From positions 8,313 to 72,312 of the forward strand of contig JAZSQE010000051.1 of the NCBI GenBank assembly GCA_045537795.1: a stretch of DNA of 64,000 nt, written 5' to 3'. Below the pieces are notes generated by a model that saw nothing but the letters and a program-made list of their open reading frames with translations, was not told where the DNA came from and ran no database searches. The position numbers and the translations under genes were made by a program. How positions within the stretch are numbered: the first letter of the stretch is position 1; the number at the start of each line of letters is the position of its first letter. This DNA is from Kiritimatiellia bacterium. Its GTDB lineage: Bacteria; Verrucomicrobiota; Kiritimatiellia; RFP12; UBA1067. Shown here one piece after another: positions 37,161-45,771 of this stretch.

Positions 37161-37627
37161 TGAAGAAGGAAGTGCGCACCAGCCTTGAAGTCGGATTCAC
37201 GGGTGATTGTCCGCCCGCGAACTTCGCGCATCTTCGCGGCATGGCATGGCGCAGAATCCCGATCTGCGACGAATTCCCGTTCGAGGACGCGCAGTTCGAT
37301 GTCGTGATGCTCGGCGGCTCGTGCGTCTCGTACGCGTCCGTCAAAGAGGCGCACCGCGTTCTCAGACCGGAAGGGCGACTTTTCTTCACCGTCAACGAAA
37401 AGACGAAGAAAGAGCCCGGGTACACGATGCCCGACATTTACGCGATCGTGCGTGAAGGTTTCAATATAACGGGGCTGGAGCGCCCGCCGTGGTGGAAGTT
37501 CGGCCGCGAAGGCCACACGATCACCATCTGCGCCCAGAAAAAAGCGTGGAAGGAATACCGGGCGTTCGTGCGCGACGGGTCGCTGCCGTTTTCGCCGTTC
37601 AGACCTCGCACGAGGGAGATGTCATGA
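37160..37627 (+). CDS. Small methyltransferase-like protein (155 aa), function unknown
   Basis: The start overlaps the hisS stop (TGATG). FPFEDAQFDVVMLGG...EAHRVLRPEGRLFF resembles the post-motif-I region of class I methyltransferases. Motif I is degenerate (LEVGFTGD). Confidence 0.4.
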   Translation: MKKEVRTSLEVGFTGDCPPANFAHLRGMAWRRIPICDEFPFEDAQFDVVMLGGSCVSYASVKEAHRVLRPEGRLFFTVNEKTKKEPGYTMPDIYAIVREGFNITGLERPPWWKFGREGHTITICAQKKAWKEYRAFVRDGSLPFSPFRPRTREMS

Positions 37628-38400
37628 AGATATTGATGATAGGCGACGTCGTGGGTTCTCCCGGCCGCAGGATTTTCAGAAGCGAAGTCCCGAAACTGAA
37701 GGCCGCCCGTGCCGTCGACGCCGTCGTCGTCAACGCGGAGAACTGCGCCGCGGGCTCCGGCTTGACGGCGGCTTTGTCCAAAGAATTTTTCGATGCCGGC
37801 GCCGACGCGATAACGCTCGGTGACCATACGTGGGGGCAGAAGGAGTTCGCCGGCCAGATCGGCTCGCTCGAGAACGTCGTGCGCCCCGCCAACTTCGCCG
37901 CCGATTGTCCGGGGCGCGGCTGGTGCACGGTGACGATGCCGACGTTCCGTTTCGCCGTCGTCAATCTTCAGGGCCGCGTTTTCATGAACAGCGTCGACTG
38001 CCCGTTCAAGGCGGCCGACAGGGTTCTGGCCGAAATCCCGAAGGATGTGAGCGTGTTCGTCGATTTTCACGCCGAGGCTACGAGCGAGAAGATAACGCTC
38101 GCGCATTATCTCGACGGGCGCGTTACGGCGATCGTCGGCACGCATACGCATGTGCAGACGTCAGATGCGTTTCTTCTCCCGAAGGGGACGGCCTATCTCA
38201 CCGATCTCGGAATGACCGGGCCGTACATATCGTCCATCGGCCGGGATTTGAAGCCCGTCACAAAGAAATTCGTCACCGGCATGCCCAGCCGTTTCGACGT
38301 CGCCGAAGGACCATGTGTTCTCGAGGGCGCGATTGTAGAGTTCGATCCCGCGACGCGCAAGGCTTCGTCGATAGAAACCGTACGCGTCCGCGAAACCTGA
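37624..38400 (+). CDS. ymdB: YmdB-like metallophosphoesterase (2',3'-cyclic-nucleotide phosphodiesterase family)
   Basis: MKILMIGDVVGSPGRR...VVVNAENCAAGSGLT...ITLGDHTWGQKE...DFHAEATSEK...GTHTHVQTSD matches the family pattern. ATGA overlap with the upstream stop. Confidence 0.85.
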   Translation: MKILMIGDVVGSPGRRIFRSEVPKLKAARAVDAVVVNAENCAAGSGLTAALSKEFFDAGADAITLGDHTWGQKEFAGQIGSLENVVRPANFAADCPGRGWCTVTMPTFRFAVVNLQGRVFMNSVDCPFKAADRVLAEIPKDVSVFVDFHAEATSEKITLAHYLDGRVTAIVGTHTHVQTSDAFLLPKGTAYLTDLGMTGPYISSIGRDLKPVTKKFVTGMPSRFDVAEGPCVLEGAIVEFDPATRKASSIETVRVRET

Positions 38401-38411
38401 TTTTCCGGGCT

Positions 38412-38957
38412 ATGCTTCACTGCGGCATGAACATTGTGCACGGCGTCCCGGTGGAGGTCGCCGTGAAGCGCGTAAGCCGCATAAATCTGCGCATCGGGCT
38501 TGACGGGGTCGTTAAAATCTCCGTGCCGCGCTGGCGCTGCACTCTGCATGAAGCCGAGTCGTTCCTTTTTTCTAAATGGAAGTGGGTGGAGAAGGTCCGC
38601 CGTGAATCTGCCGCGAAGCGCGAAAACTCCCCGAAAGAGGCGGATGAAGCAGATATTGCCGCTCTTCAAGATCTTCTTTCGATGCTTGTCGCCTGGCGTT
38701 CACTCGAATTCGAGGAGTCCGGCGTCAGATGGAATATGCGGCGCATGAAATCGGTCTGGGGCAGCTGCCATTGGCGCAAGCGCGAGCTTACTTTCAATTC
38801 GGAATTGGCCGTAAAAGCGAGGGATCTCGTGGACTATGTCGTCGTGCACGAGCTTACGCATCTCAAAGTGCATGATCACGGGCCTTCGTTTTACGCGCTT
38901 ATGGACGAGCGGCTCCCCGGCTGGCGAGATCTTCGCCGACGCCTCAACCGCGGATAA
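38412..38957 (+). CDS. YgjP-like (DUF45/M48-related) zinc metallohydrolase
   Basis: MRRMKSVWGSCHWRKRELTFNSEL...VVHELTHLKVHDHGPSFYAL carries the HExxH motif and is typical of the YgjP family. Confidence 0.75.
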   Translation: MLHCGMNIVHGVPVEVAVKRVSRINLRIGLDGVVKISVPRWRCTLHEAESFLFSKWKWVEKVRRESAAKRENSPKEADEADIAALQDLLSMLVAWRSLEFEESGVRWNMRRMKSVWGSCHWRKRELTFNSELAVKARDLVDYVVVHELTHLKVHDHGPSFYALMDERLPGWRDLRRRLNRG

Positions 38958-38964
38958 GGTCGAT

Positions 38965-38994
38965 TTGCAAAGAGAAGGGCAAATATGATATAAT
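38965..38994 (+). promoter_or_regulatory. Sigma70-like promoter (TTGCAA, 18 nt spacer, TGATATAAT) upstream of hisG
   Basis: TTGCAA at 38965-38970 and TGATATAAT at 38986-38994. Confidence 0.5.
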
Positions 38995-39031
38995 TATCGC
39001 CAATTATCAACTTTCGGAGAAAAAAGGAAAC

Positions 39032-39901
39032 ATGGCGATAGTCTTAGGTTTGCCCAAGGGCAGTCTGCAGGAGTCGACGTTCGCTCTCTTCAAGAGGGCG
39101 GGCTTCAACGTCACCTGTTCGAGCCGCTCGTACGTCCCGTCGATCGATGACGAGGAGATAAAGTGCCGTCTTCTCAGACCGCAGGAAATGAGCCGCTACG
39201 TCGAACTCGGTCTTCTCGACGCGGGTATCTGCGGTTATGACTGGGTTTACGAGAACGGCAGCGACGTTCAGGAGATTTGCGAGCTCAATTATTCAAAGGC
39301 CACGTCTAATCCCGTTCGTTGGGTGCTCGCCGTTCCGAACGATTCGAAGATCAAGTCCGTCAAGGACCTCAAGGGCAAGCGCATTTCCACCGAGGCGATC
39401 GGTCTCGTGAAGCGCTACCTCAAGAAGCACGGCGTCAAGGCCGACGTCGAGTTCAGCTGGGGCGCGACCGAAGTCAAGGCCCCCGAGCTCGTCGACGCGA
39501 TCGTCGATCTCACCGAGACGGGCAGCTCGCTCAGGGCGAACAATCTGCGTATCGTCGACACGATTCTCACTTCGACGACGCGCTTCATCGCCAACAAAAA
39601 GAGCTGGAAGAACTCCGCCAAGCGCGCCAAGCTCGAGCAGCTCAAGATGCTTCTCACGGGCGCGCTCGAAGCGCAGCGCCGCGTTCTTCTCAAGTGCAAC
39701 GCTCCGGCGAAATCGCTCGACAAGATCGTCAAGGCCCTCCCCGCTCTCCACGCCCCGACCGTAAACAGGCTCAACGACGAAAAGTGGTTCGCCGTCGAGT
39801 CGGTCGTCGAGGAGAAGCTCGTGCGCGATCTTATCCCCGCGCTTACCAAAAACGGCGCGACGGGTATTATCGAACTGCCTCTCAACAAGATCATTTTCTG
39901 A
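39032..39901 (+). CDS. hisG: ATP phosphoribosyltransferase, long form
   Basis: LGLPKGSLQESTFALFKRAGF...LRPQEMSRYVELGLLDAGICGYDW...DLTETGSSLRANNL, plus a C-terminal regulatory domain (289 aa). Confidence 0.9.
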   Translation: MAIVLGLPKGSLQESTFALFKRAGFNVTCSSRSYVPSIDDEEIKCRLLRPQEMSRYVELGLLDAGICGYDWVYENGSDVQEICELNYSKATSNPVRWVLAVPNDSKIKSVKDLKGKRISTEAIGLVKRYLKKHGVKADVEFSWGATEVKAPELVDAIVDLTETGSSLRANNLRIVDTILTSTTRFIANKKSWKNSAKRAKLEQLKMLLTGALEAQRRVLLKCNAPAKSLDKIVKALPALHAPTVNRLNDEKWFAVESVVEEKLVRDLIPALTKNGATGIIELPLNKIIF

Positions 39902-39930
39902 TCGAAATCAAAACCTAAGGAGAATAAAAA

Positions 39931-40020
39931 ATGGGATCCATCAAGAAAAAACGGCGCAAAAAAATGTCGAAGCATAAATACGACAAGCGTATGAAGGCTC
40001 AGCGCCACAAGAACAAATAA
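39931..40020 (+). CDS. 29-aa highly basic small protein resembling ribosomal protein bS22 (AURKAIP1/COX24-like family); not in the ORF track
   Basis: MGSIKKKRRKKMSKHKYDKRMKAQRHKNK. AAGGAG SD 8 nt upstream. It resembles the actinobacterial MGSVIKKRRKRM...K-rich bS22 peptides as I recall them. Confidence 0.6.
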   Translation: MGSIKKKRRKKMSKHKYDKRMKAQRHKNK

Positions 40021-40028
40021 GCTTGTGA

Positions 40029-40057
40029 AGGCCCGGTTCCGAAAGAGCCGGGTCTTT
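40029..40057 (+). terminator. Possible intrinsic terminator after the bS22-like ORF
   Basis: Hairpin ggcccgg, 11-nt loop, ccgggtc, followed by the short T run ctttc. Confidence 0.35.
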
Positions 40058-40089
40058 CGCCGTCTGCATCAACGCGGAGGAGGCGCGTC

Positions 40090-40977
40090 GTGATCAAGGA
40101 GATTTTTTACATACTCTCGGCAGCGTCGTTCGCGCTCGGCGCGTGCGTCGCTTCTTTTCTTAACGTCGTCATTTACCGCGTTCCGCTCGGCCGGTCGGTC
40201 GTCCTGCCCCGATCGCATTGTCCTTCCTGCGGCAAGACCATCCCCTGGCGGCTTAACATCCCGATACTGAGTTGGCTCCTGCTGCGCGGACGCTGCGCCT
40301 TCTGCAGAACGGCGATTTCGCCGCGCTACATCATAGTCGAAGTCCTCGGCGGCGTTCTTTTTCTCGCGGCGTTTCTCCGCATTTTCGCTCCCGGCGGCAA
40401 TGCCGCGTCGATAGCGGCCGAATCGTCGTTCGGCTTCGCGCTCCCGCTCGTCTATCTTATCGTCACATGGATATGGATATCGCTGATGATCGCCGGGAGT
40501 TTCATTGATTTCGATCATAAACTTCTGCCGGATTTCACCACCGTCGGCGGCATGGTTCTCGGCGTCGTTTTCTGGACGGCGGCTTCTCTCTCGTCGAAGA
40601 CGTACGGCTTCGGCGATTTCGGCAAGTACGCAGCGCTTCTTTATTCCGTGTCGGGGCTGGCGGTCGGCTTCGGCCTGATGTGGCTCGTGAGATTTCTCGG
40701 CTCGATGGCGTTCAAGCGCGAGGCGATGGGGCTCGGCGACGTCTTTCTGATGGGCGCGGTCGGCGCGATGTGCGGACCTGTCGCCGTCATCGTGACGCTG
40801 ATTCTTTCTTCCGTCATCGGGTCCGTGGCGGGGCTGTCGCTTGTCGCGCTTTCGAAGACGAAGATCGGCAGATTCGTCGAAATCCCGTACGGGCCCTACA
40901 TCTGCGCGGGGTGCCTGACGTGGATGTTCTGCGGCCCTGAACTTGTCGCCTGGTATTGCCGCCTTCTCGCGCCGTAA
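40090..40977 (+). CDS. pilD: Prepilin peptidase (A24 family, PilD/GspO)
   Basis: GTG start. CPSCGKTIPWRLNIPILSWLLLRGRCAFCRTAISPRYIIVE is the zinc-binding N-terminal domain. The protein is polytopic, with GLGDVFLMGAVG carrying the catalytic Asp. Confidence 0.85.
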   Translation: MIKEIFYILSAASFALGACVASFLNVVIYRVPLGRSVVLPRSHCPSCGKTIPWRLNIPILSWLLLRGRCAFCRTAISPRYIIVEVLGGVLFLAAFLRIFAPGGNAASIAAESSFGFALPLVYLIVTWIWISLMIAGSFIDFDHKLLPDFTTVGGMVLGVVFWTAASLSSKTYGFGDFGKYAALLYSVSGLAVGFGLMWLVRFLGSMAFKREAMGLGDVFLMGAVGAMCGPVAVIVTLILSSVIGSVAGLSLVALSKTKIGRFVEIPYGPYICAGCLTWMFCGPELVAWYCRLLAP

Positions 40978-41030
40978 CCGGACAAGGCGCAGCGGGATTT
41001 TACATTCAGGGGCGTAAACCAGGCGGGTTT

Positions 41031-41039
41031 TGGTATAAT
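41031..41039 (+). promoter_or_regulatory. Extended -10 element TGGTATAAT ending only 9 nt before the KS-like start codon
   Basis: Exact TGnTATAAT match; ATG at 41049. This would give a leaderless or near-leaderless transcript if it is functional. Confidence 0.35.
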
Positions 41040-41048
41040 ATCGGGAAA

Positions 41049-42452
41049 ATGGAATCGTCTATTGCGATAGTCGGCATGAGTTGCCGTTTTGCGGGGGTGG
41101 GGTCGCCTTCCGCGTTCTGGGACTCTATCATGTCCAGAAGCGCGAATCTGGGCGTTCCCGGCCCCGAAGCGGAACTGCCTGTCGGCGAGCGCAGCGTTTT
41201 CAACCGCCCGTATCCCGCGCGCATCGGACAGCTCGGCGATCTCTATTCGTGCGTGCAGGCGATGCAGAACTTTCCGCGCCAGATAAACGCCGGCGAAAAC
41301 CAGGACCTCTACTTCGCGACGCAGCTCGCGTTCGACGCGCTCGCCGACGCGGCGATGAAGCCGCATTCGCGCGAAGCCGTCAACGGCTCCGTGCGTATCG
41401 GTTACGCGCCTCCTTTCAACGCCTCGACGATCAACTGGCTGCAGCACACGTCGTTTCTCGATCAGACGATGGACATTCTCAGGCGTTTCATGCCCAGCGC
41501 CACCGACGCGAACATCGACGCGGTGCGCGTGAAGCTCGCCGAGTCGCTGCCCGCGCCGAACGCGGCCTCGTTTCTTCTCGGCGCGGGCTACCGTTTCGCC
41601 TCGTGGATCGCGCGCGAATGCAACTTCAACGGCCCCGCGACGATTATGGACGCGGGGATGCTCACGGGCGCGACGGTGCTTATGGACGCGAAGAGCGATC
41701 TCGACGAAGGGCGAGTCGACATCGCTCTGGCGGGTTCGCTCACTCCGCCCGTGTCGCGTTCTTATCTCGAAGGTCTGTCGGGAGAAGTCCCTTTTTCCGT
41801 CGGACAGGAGTATCAGCCGTTTTCCGAAGACGCTGCGGGGACGCTGCCGGGCGAAGGAGGCGCGTTTTTCGTTCTGAAGCGCCGCGCCGACGCGCTTCGC
41901 GACCGCGACAGGATATATGCCGTCATCCGCTCGGTAGCCGTCGGGCATAATCCGCCCGGCGATCCGTCGGTGATACTTTCGCGGGCGACGGAAAAGGCGG
42001 GCGTTCCGGTCAGCACGATCGGGCTCATCGAAGCCGACGGCAACGGCGTCAAAGCGGCCGAGTGCCGCGAGATCGGCGCGATACAGAAACTCTGGGGAGA
42101 GCACCGCCCCGGAGGCCCGCTTGTGGGAGTCGGTTCCGTCAAGGGCAATATCGGTCACACGCTCAGAGCTTCGATGGCCGCGGGGGTCGCCAAGGCCGCT
42201 CTCGCCCTGAGCCGGCGCGTTCTGCCGCCGCAGGTCGACGTCACGAAGCCCAACTACATGATTTCGAATCTCGCCTCGAGCGTCTACCTGCTCACGGAGG
42301 CGAGGCCGTGGATATCGGGCGACAGCTCTTCGCCGCGCCGCGCCGTGGTGATGGGTTCCAATTTCGACGCCGTAGACCCCGTGGGCGGCGCCGCGCCCGA
42401 AGGCAGATGCGCCGCCATAGTCCTTGAAGAAGAGCCGGAGGATCGCCAGTGA
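41049..42452 (+). CDS. Beta-ketoacyl synthase-like protein lacking the catalytic Cys and the first catalytic His (KS0)
   Basis: The type I PKS KS pattern IAIVGMSCRFAGVGSPSAFW is present. The active-site stretch reads GPATIMDAGMLTGA where KS enzymes have GPxxxVDTACSSS. EADGNGV replaces EAHGTGT. GSVKGNIGHT is retained. Confidence 0.75.
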   Translation: MESSIAIVGMSCRFAGVGSPSAFWDSIMSRSANLGVPGPEAELPVGERSVFNRPYPARIGQLGDLYSCVQAMQNFPRQINAGENQDLYFATQLAFDALADAAMKPHSREAVNGSVRIGYAPPFNASTINWLQHTSFLDQTMDILRRFMPSATDANIDAVRVKLAESLPAPNAASFLLGAGYRFASWIARECNFNGPATIMDAGMLTGATVLMDAKSDLDEGRVDIALAGSLTPPVSRSYLEGLSGEVPFSVGQEYQPFSEDAAGTLPGEGGAFFVLKRRADALRDRDRIYAVIRSVAVGHNPPGDPSVILSRATEKAGVPVSTIGLIEADGNGVKAAECREIGAIQKLWGEHRPGGPLVGVGSVKGNIGHTLRASMAAGVAKAALALSRRVLPPQVDVTKPNYMISNLASSVYLLTEARPWISGDSSSPRRAVVMGSNFDAVDPVGGAAPEGRCAAIVLEEEPEDRQ

Positions 42453-45400
42453 CGGAGCTTGTCCTCATACGTGCCGAAGACGACGCGGCGCTCGTCAGGA
42501 GCATCAATGAACTGAGCGTTTTTCTTGCGCGCGTGAGCGACGTCAGACTCTGCGACGTCGCGTTCACTCTCGCGCGCGCCACGGGCCCAGCCGCGCTCGC
42601 GATCATCGCCGGCGACGTCTCCGAACTTCGCGCGAGGCTCGATTCCGCGAGGTCGCGGATCGGCTCGGGCAGCGCGCGCCTCAGGGACAAGAGCGGCACG
42701 TACTGGTTTCGCGACAGACTTCTCGGAGAAGGCGGCGGCAGGCTCGCTTTCGTCTTTTCGGGCGTGACCGGTTTTTATCCCGACATGATGCGCGATCTCG
42801 CCATCGCCTATCCGCAGTGCCGCAGCGCCTTCGACGAACTCGAAGAGGCGCTCGCCAAGGAAGGCGGCGAATTCACTCCTTCGTCGTTCGTTTTCCCTCC
42901 CGCGCCGTATTACCGACACGACGCCGACGTTTTCAGTTCCGGCGCCTACGCGCAGGCTCTCGTTTCGACATACGCCGGGTGCGCCGCCCTGTCTCGCCTC
43001 ATGGACAGTCTCGCCGTCAAGCCTGACGGAATCGTCGGTTTCGCCGGCGGCGATCTCGCCGCCATGATGCTCTCTGGCGCGGCGGGCGCCGAGCCTTCGC
43101 GCCCCGACCGGGTGCGCGTCGTGCGAGAGATATACAAGATCGTCGACAAGGCCGTTAACCACGGCGGGCTCCCCGAGGTCGCGATGATCACGGTTCTTCT
43201 GCGCCGCGGCGATGAGATAGACGAAATAGTGAAGACGTTCCCCGCCGACAAGTTCATGCTCGTGGTCGATTTCTCTCCGCGCCAGAAAACGTACGCCGTC
43301 AGGGTCGATTTCGAAGAGACCGTCCTTGCGGCGTTCGCGGCGGCGGGCGTCAGAGTCATGAAACTCGCTCTCGACAGACCTTTCAACACGAAGATGTGCG
43401 AGAAGCTCCTCGTGCCGGTCATCAAGAAGTTCACGTGCGGCTGGATGAAGCACCACCCGACGTGCGATTTCTATTCCTGCGCCACGGGCGAGCGTCTCCC
43501 GAAGAGCGTGCGCGCTTCGCGCGCCGACATGGCGGAGAGCTGGGCGAAGCCCGTCCTTTTCGAGCGGACGATCAGGCGCATGCACGAAGACGGTTACCGC
43601 GTATTTCTCGAGGTGGGGCCGCGCGGCCTTATGACGAGCGCCGTAGAAGACACGCTGAGGGACGAAGAGCACGCGGCGATCGCGCTCAACTCGATCCACC
43701 GCCGCGGCGTCGTGCAGGTGCAGCACGCGATCGCGCAGCTCGCCGCGCTCGGAGCCGCAGTCGACATCGCGCCTCTCTTCGAAGGGCGCAAGGTGAAACT
43801 CCTCGATTTCGCCTCGACGATATCCCTCGAAGAGCGCAAGGACGCCGAGATGAAACTCTCGCGCTCCTTCCCGCGGCTGACGCTCCTCTCGGACGAGGGG
43901 ATGCCCCGCGCGGCCTCTCCCCTCGCCGAAGCGAAAGGGCGCGGCGCGAAGGCGGCGGCGCGCGCCGCGGTTCTCGCCGAGCGCGCCAGACGTCAGCGCC
44001 AGTTCGATTTCGGCGCGATGAACCCGCTCATATCGGATGCCGAGACGATCGACTCGAGCCCCGGCGTGTCCGTCGAGCTCGTTAAGGACTTCCGTCTGTC
44101 GGAGCTGCCGTTCATCGCCGACTACGCGCTCGGCACGAGCCAGCTCAGCTACTCCGACCCCAATCTCAAGGGACTTGTGCTTCTCACTCTGCCCGTGGGT
44201 GCGGAGATAATGGCCGAAGCGGCGCAGCTCGTGATGCCAAACCGCACGTTCACCGCGATAGAAGATCTCGTCTGCCGGCGCACCGTTGCATTCAAGCGCG
44301 CTTCGCTGAAGCTCTTCATACGCGCGGAGCGAGTCGCCGCCGGCAATCCGGGAGAGGCGGCAGTCAAGGTGCAGATACGCGACGACTCGCCGAACGCGGC
44401 GTACACGTGGCCCGTCATGGAGGCGACGGTCGTCTTCGCGGAGAAGCCGCGCGGAGCCGTTCCCGCCGCGGTGGAGCCGCTCTGCAAGCCTCGCATGGTG
44501 CACTGGTCCGGCCGCGATATCTATCCGCAGCGTCTCTGCTACGGCAAGCGCCTCAGGGGCGTTCAGTTCGTAGAGTCGTGGAGCGAGTCCGGCATGGACT
44601 ACGAAGTGGCGGTGCCCGCGCTCGGCGGCAACGTCGCGTTCACGCGCTTTCCGATCTGGGTCGTCAATCCCATACTTCTCGAAATCGTGGCGAGCGGCTT
44701 TCAGCTTTGGCGCAGCCACGAGAAGTTCTCGGGCGCGTTTTCCTTCCCGTTCAGGATGCGTCGGCTCGATTTCGGCGGTTACATCCCCGAAGAAGGCGCG
44801 AAGCTCAAGTGTTATCTGCGCCTTACGGGTGTCACTCCGAAGAGCCACGTCTCCGACATCGACGTTACCGACGGCAACGGCAACGAGCTTATGTCCGTGA
44901 CAGGGTGGGAAGAGCTTACCGAACGCGTTCCCGTCGAATACCGCGAGCTCGTGCTGCAGCCGGCGATGAGTTTTCTCACGGCCGAAGTCGATCGCGAGTT
45001 CCTCGGCTCTCCCGCGACGGACGTCGCCTCGGCGTTCATCACCGACATACCTTACGGGATTTTCGAGCGCAACGAGGAACTTTGGCTCAAGACTCTCTCG
45101 CATGTCATTCTTTCCGCGCAGGAGAGGCGCGAGTTCGCTGCGATGACAGGCTCGACGGCTCGCCGAACCGAGTGGCTCTTCGGGCGTGTCGCCGCCAAGG
45201 AGGCGGTGCGGAGGTTCATGAAGGTCTATCATCAGGCGCGCTGGAGCGACGCCGACATCCAGATATGGCCCGACGATTCCGGCAAGCCGCACGCCCTCGG
45301 CGCATGGGGCGACAGGCTCTCGACGAAACTCGATGTGGCGATCGCCCACACTTCGCAGTTCGTCATCGCCGTCGCGGCCGCCAACGCCCGCGTCGGCGTC

Positions 45401-45757
45401 GACGTCGAGAGCGCCAACCGCGATCTCTCGCAGGAGTTCTCGCTCGGCGTTTTCACTCCCGATGAACTGGAGCTCGCGGCGCACGCGGTCAACGCGGCGC
45501 AGACGCTCATCAGGTTCTGGTGCGCCAAGGAGGCGGTCTCCAAGGCGCTCGGCACGGGTATACGCTATTCCCCGAAGGAGATGGTCATAAGAGACTACCA
45601 GCCTTCGGCGGGGACGATCGCCGTAAGGCTCGAGGGCGCGTGGGTCGAGGCTTTCAAGAATTTCAGAGGCCGCGACATAACGGTCACGGTCGGCATGATG
45701 CGCGAACACGCGCTTGCGTTCTGTTTTCTGCCATCGTCGCTTTTCGACGCGGATTGA
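42449..45757 (+). CDS. 1,102-aa fusion: acyltransferase-like domain (Ser/His dyad lost), PKS dehydratase-like double hotdog (His lost), and a C-terminal Sfp-type 4'-phosphopantetheinyl transferase with intact motifs
   Basis: GTGA overlap with the KS-like stop. AT-like: FVFSGVTGF (versus FPGQGSQ), GFAGGD (versus GHSxGE), RPFNT (versus AFHS). DH-like: LPFIADYALG...LPVGAEIMAEAA (versus LxxHxVxG...LPGA). PPTase: DDSGKPH, VAIAHTSQF, VGVDVE, FWCAKEAVSKALG. No ACP-like GxDS motif was seen. Confidence 0.7.
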   Translation: MTELVLIRAEDDAALVRSINELSVFLARVSDVRLCDVAFTLARATGPAALAIIAGDVSELRARLDSARSRIGSGSARLRDKSGTYWFRDRLLGEGGGRLAFVFSGVTGFYPDMMRDLAIAYPQCRSAFDELEEALAKEGGEFTPSSFVFPPAPYYRHDADVFSSGAYAQALVSTYAGCAALSRLMDSLAVKPDGIVGFAGGDLAAMMLSGAAGAEPSRPDRVRVVREIYKIVDKAVNHGGLPEVAMITVLLRRGDEIDEIVKTFPADKFMLVVDFSPRQKTYAVRVDFEETVLAAFAAAGVRVMKLALDRPFNTKMCEKLLVPVIKKFTCGWMKHHPTCDFYSCATGERLPKSVRASRADMAESWAKPVLFERTIRRMHEDGYRVFLEVGPRGLMTSAVEDTLRDEEHAAIALNSIHRRGVVQVQHAIAQLAALGAAVDIAPLFEGRKVKLLDFASTISLEERKDAEMKLSRSFPRLTLLSDEGMPRAASPLAEAKGRGAKAAARAAVLAERARRQRQFDFGAMNPLISDAETIDSSPGVSVELVKDFRLSELPFIADYALGTSQLSYSDPNLKGLVLLTLPVGAEIMAEAAQLVMPNRTFTAIEDLVCRRTVAFKRASLKLFIRAERVAAGNPGEAAVKVQIRDDSPNAAYTWPVMEATVVFAEKPRGAVPAAVEPLCKPRMVHWSGRDIYPQRLCYGKRLRGVQFVESWSESGMDYEVAVPALGGNVAFTRFPIWVVNPILLEIVASGFQLWRSHEKFSGAFSFPFRMRRLDFGGYIPEEGAKLKCYLRLTGVTPKSHVSDIDVTDGNGNELMSVTGWEELTERVPVEYRELVLQPAMSFLTAEVDREFLGSPATDVASAFITDIPYGIFERNEELWLKTLSHVILSAQERREFAAMTGSTARRTEWLFGRVAAKEAVRRFMKVYHQARWSDADIQIWPDDSGKPHALGAWGDRLSTKLDVAIAHTSQFVIAVAAANARVGVDVESANRDLSQEFSLGVFTPDELELAAHAVNAAQTLIRFWCAKEAVSKALGTGIRYSPKEMVIRDYQPSAGTIAVRLEGAWVEAFKNFRGRDITVTVGMMREHALAFCFLPSSLFDAD

Positions 45758-45771
45758 GAGGAGTTCCGACG

